A DNA stretch of 63,430 nt, the filler included, from Rhabdomonas costata (taxonomy: Eukaryota): the NCBI GenBank assembly GCA_019059605.1. It is 38 parts of 38 records of this genome, joined end to end, with 100 filler letters (N's around TTAATTAATTAA, not from the genome) between each part and the next. Parts side by side here need not be neighbours in the genome. Positions count along the whole stretch, not along the records: positions 61,860 to 63,430 come from JAHMHO010012822.1; 37 more parts are not named here. The stretch is one strand, 5' to 3'. A model generated the notes under the pieces. It made no database searches and was not told the DNA's origin. It worked only from the letters and a program-made list of their open reading frames with translations. Each line of letters opens with the position of its first letter. Position 1 is the stretch's first letter. Position numbers and translations under genes: made by a program. Shown piece by piece: positions 62,453 through 63,430 of this stretch.

Positions 62453-63430
62453 GTACGCCTCTCTGCCCGTGCCTTTACCCCACCCCGACACCACCTCTAC
62501 CCGACAATACATTACCAGGCTCAGGTCAGGTTAAGGGACGAACAGAATCACATCAAAATAAGGAGAAAGCAGCACAGCCTCAACAAGCTGTTTTGGGATA
62601 GAAGAGTTCGGTTTCAGTTTTTCAGTTGTGCTAACAAGAGATAATAGGAGGTAGGGTGCGACAGCAACAACATGGCAGCTCAGTGTTTACGCGTATGACT
62701 CGGAGAGGTAGTTGGCAACGTTTTCGGACCAGGTCGCTTTGTGGGTACAGGGGTGCTGATGAGCTGATGGAAAATTTATTGGATGGAAAGGGTGTTTAAC
62801 GATACCCCTCCCCCCTCCACGTTCTTCCCACCCAATCACACCCCTACTCGCCATCCTCTCACATCCACTCACAGCCCATCCATACTCGCCTCCTCTCTTC
62901 CGCCCGAATGAAGTCTTGCTGGCTATACTCTCTCCAACATTCTCTCTTTGCTAACGCCGGACACGCTCTCCAATCCATCGCACCCACCGCGCAATGCGCC
63001 CAGCGTGCACCTCCTCTGCGGAGGTGAAGGGGTTGCCAACAAATTGTCCGTTTCACCTCTGAAAAACTGAAAAGCTGAGAGTTGGGATTTTTTGCTTTAC
63101 CCATAATATCCATAATACTTTTGGGGAGAGGGGCGTTAACCGGTATAACGTTGTTGAGCGGTTCCATGTTGTCACACGATGTGCTGCGAAACTATCGCCC
63201 GGGAACGCCCTACATGTTTGCTGCCTAGTCAGGGAAAACTCCCTCAATCCTCCCCGGCAACCCGCCCTAACTGCCATCTGTCGGGAACCGTTCATCGCCC
63301 TTTTCGGGAAAAGTCATCAAAGTCTACCCTTCAACCCGCCAGTGAAGACGAAGATAGGCGTAGCATGACAAAGTTTTTAGTCTCGTAACTCACCATTTCA
63401 CATTGGCAAACCGTTTGTCGCACCCACAAA

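Noticed and set aside
1..63430. A gene-neighbourhood system, e.g. sirtuin plus helicase plus ABC ATPase as a defence island
   Set aside because: The genes lie on separate, unlinked, size-sorted contigs and most carry spliceosomal introns, so adjacency is meaningless.
1..63430. Contigs as ciliate-like nanochromosomes capped by G/T telomeres
   Set aside because: Terminal G/T runs have no fixed unit, lie at the 5' end (opposite to telomere polarity), and genes are cut mid-exon at the ends.
1..63430. rRNA, tRNA, spliced-leader RNA genes and nonconventional (non-GT-AG) introns
   Set aside because: None were recognised by eye and all resolved junctions were GT-AG. Covariance-model scans and RNA-seq would be needed to exclude them.

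Overview
This window is not one locus. It is a concatenation of 38 short contigs (about 1.57 kb each, apparently sorted by length) joined by 37 artificial 100-nt spacers (N44-TTAATTAATTAA-N44), so neighbouring contigs are not physically linked and ORFs ending in 'XXXLIN' are artefacts. The DNA is from an intron-rich eukaryotic nuclear genome. GT-AG introns with mostly GT(R)YG donors, degenerate CCCTAA telomere-type repeats and an ERG4-type sterol reductase tentatively suggest a euglenid or other euglenozoan protist (inference). G/T-only contig starts, A/C-only contig ends, fold-back hairpins and homopolymer indels suggest PCR-based whole-genome amplification and low-coverage sequencing. Splicing exons by hand gives fragments of TM9SF/EMP70, Rab escort protein, an LRR protein, a GAD/CSAD-like decarboxylase, a WDR7-like WD40 protein, a PstS-like secreted protein, ERG4, an MMS19-like protein, a sirtuin, an ABCG/PDR transporter, a GT15 mannosyltransferase, an O-fucosyltransferase-like protein, TMEM33/Pom33, and SPRY and ankyrin proteins. 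The best leads are: (i) an intronless, contig-spanning PIF1-helicase ORF that may be a Helitron-like element; (ii) an ABCG exon with five frame breaks, each repairable by lengthening a homopolymer (sequencing error is most likely; insertional editing or frameshifting would be the exciting alternative); and (iii) a sirtuin with a C-terminal hydrophobic, possibly membrane-anchoring tail. I cannot support a multi-gene novel system from these unlinked fragments. All family calls come from motif recognition, not database searches.
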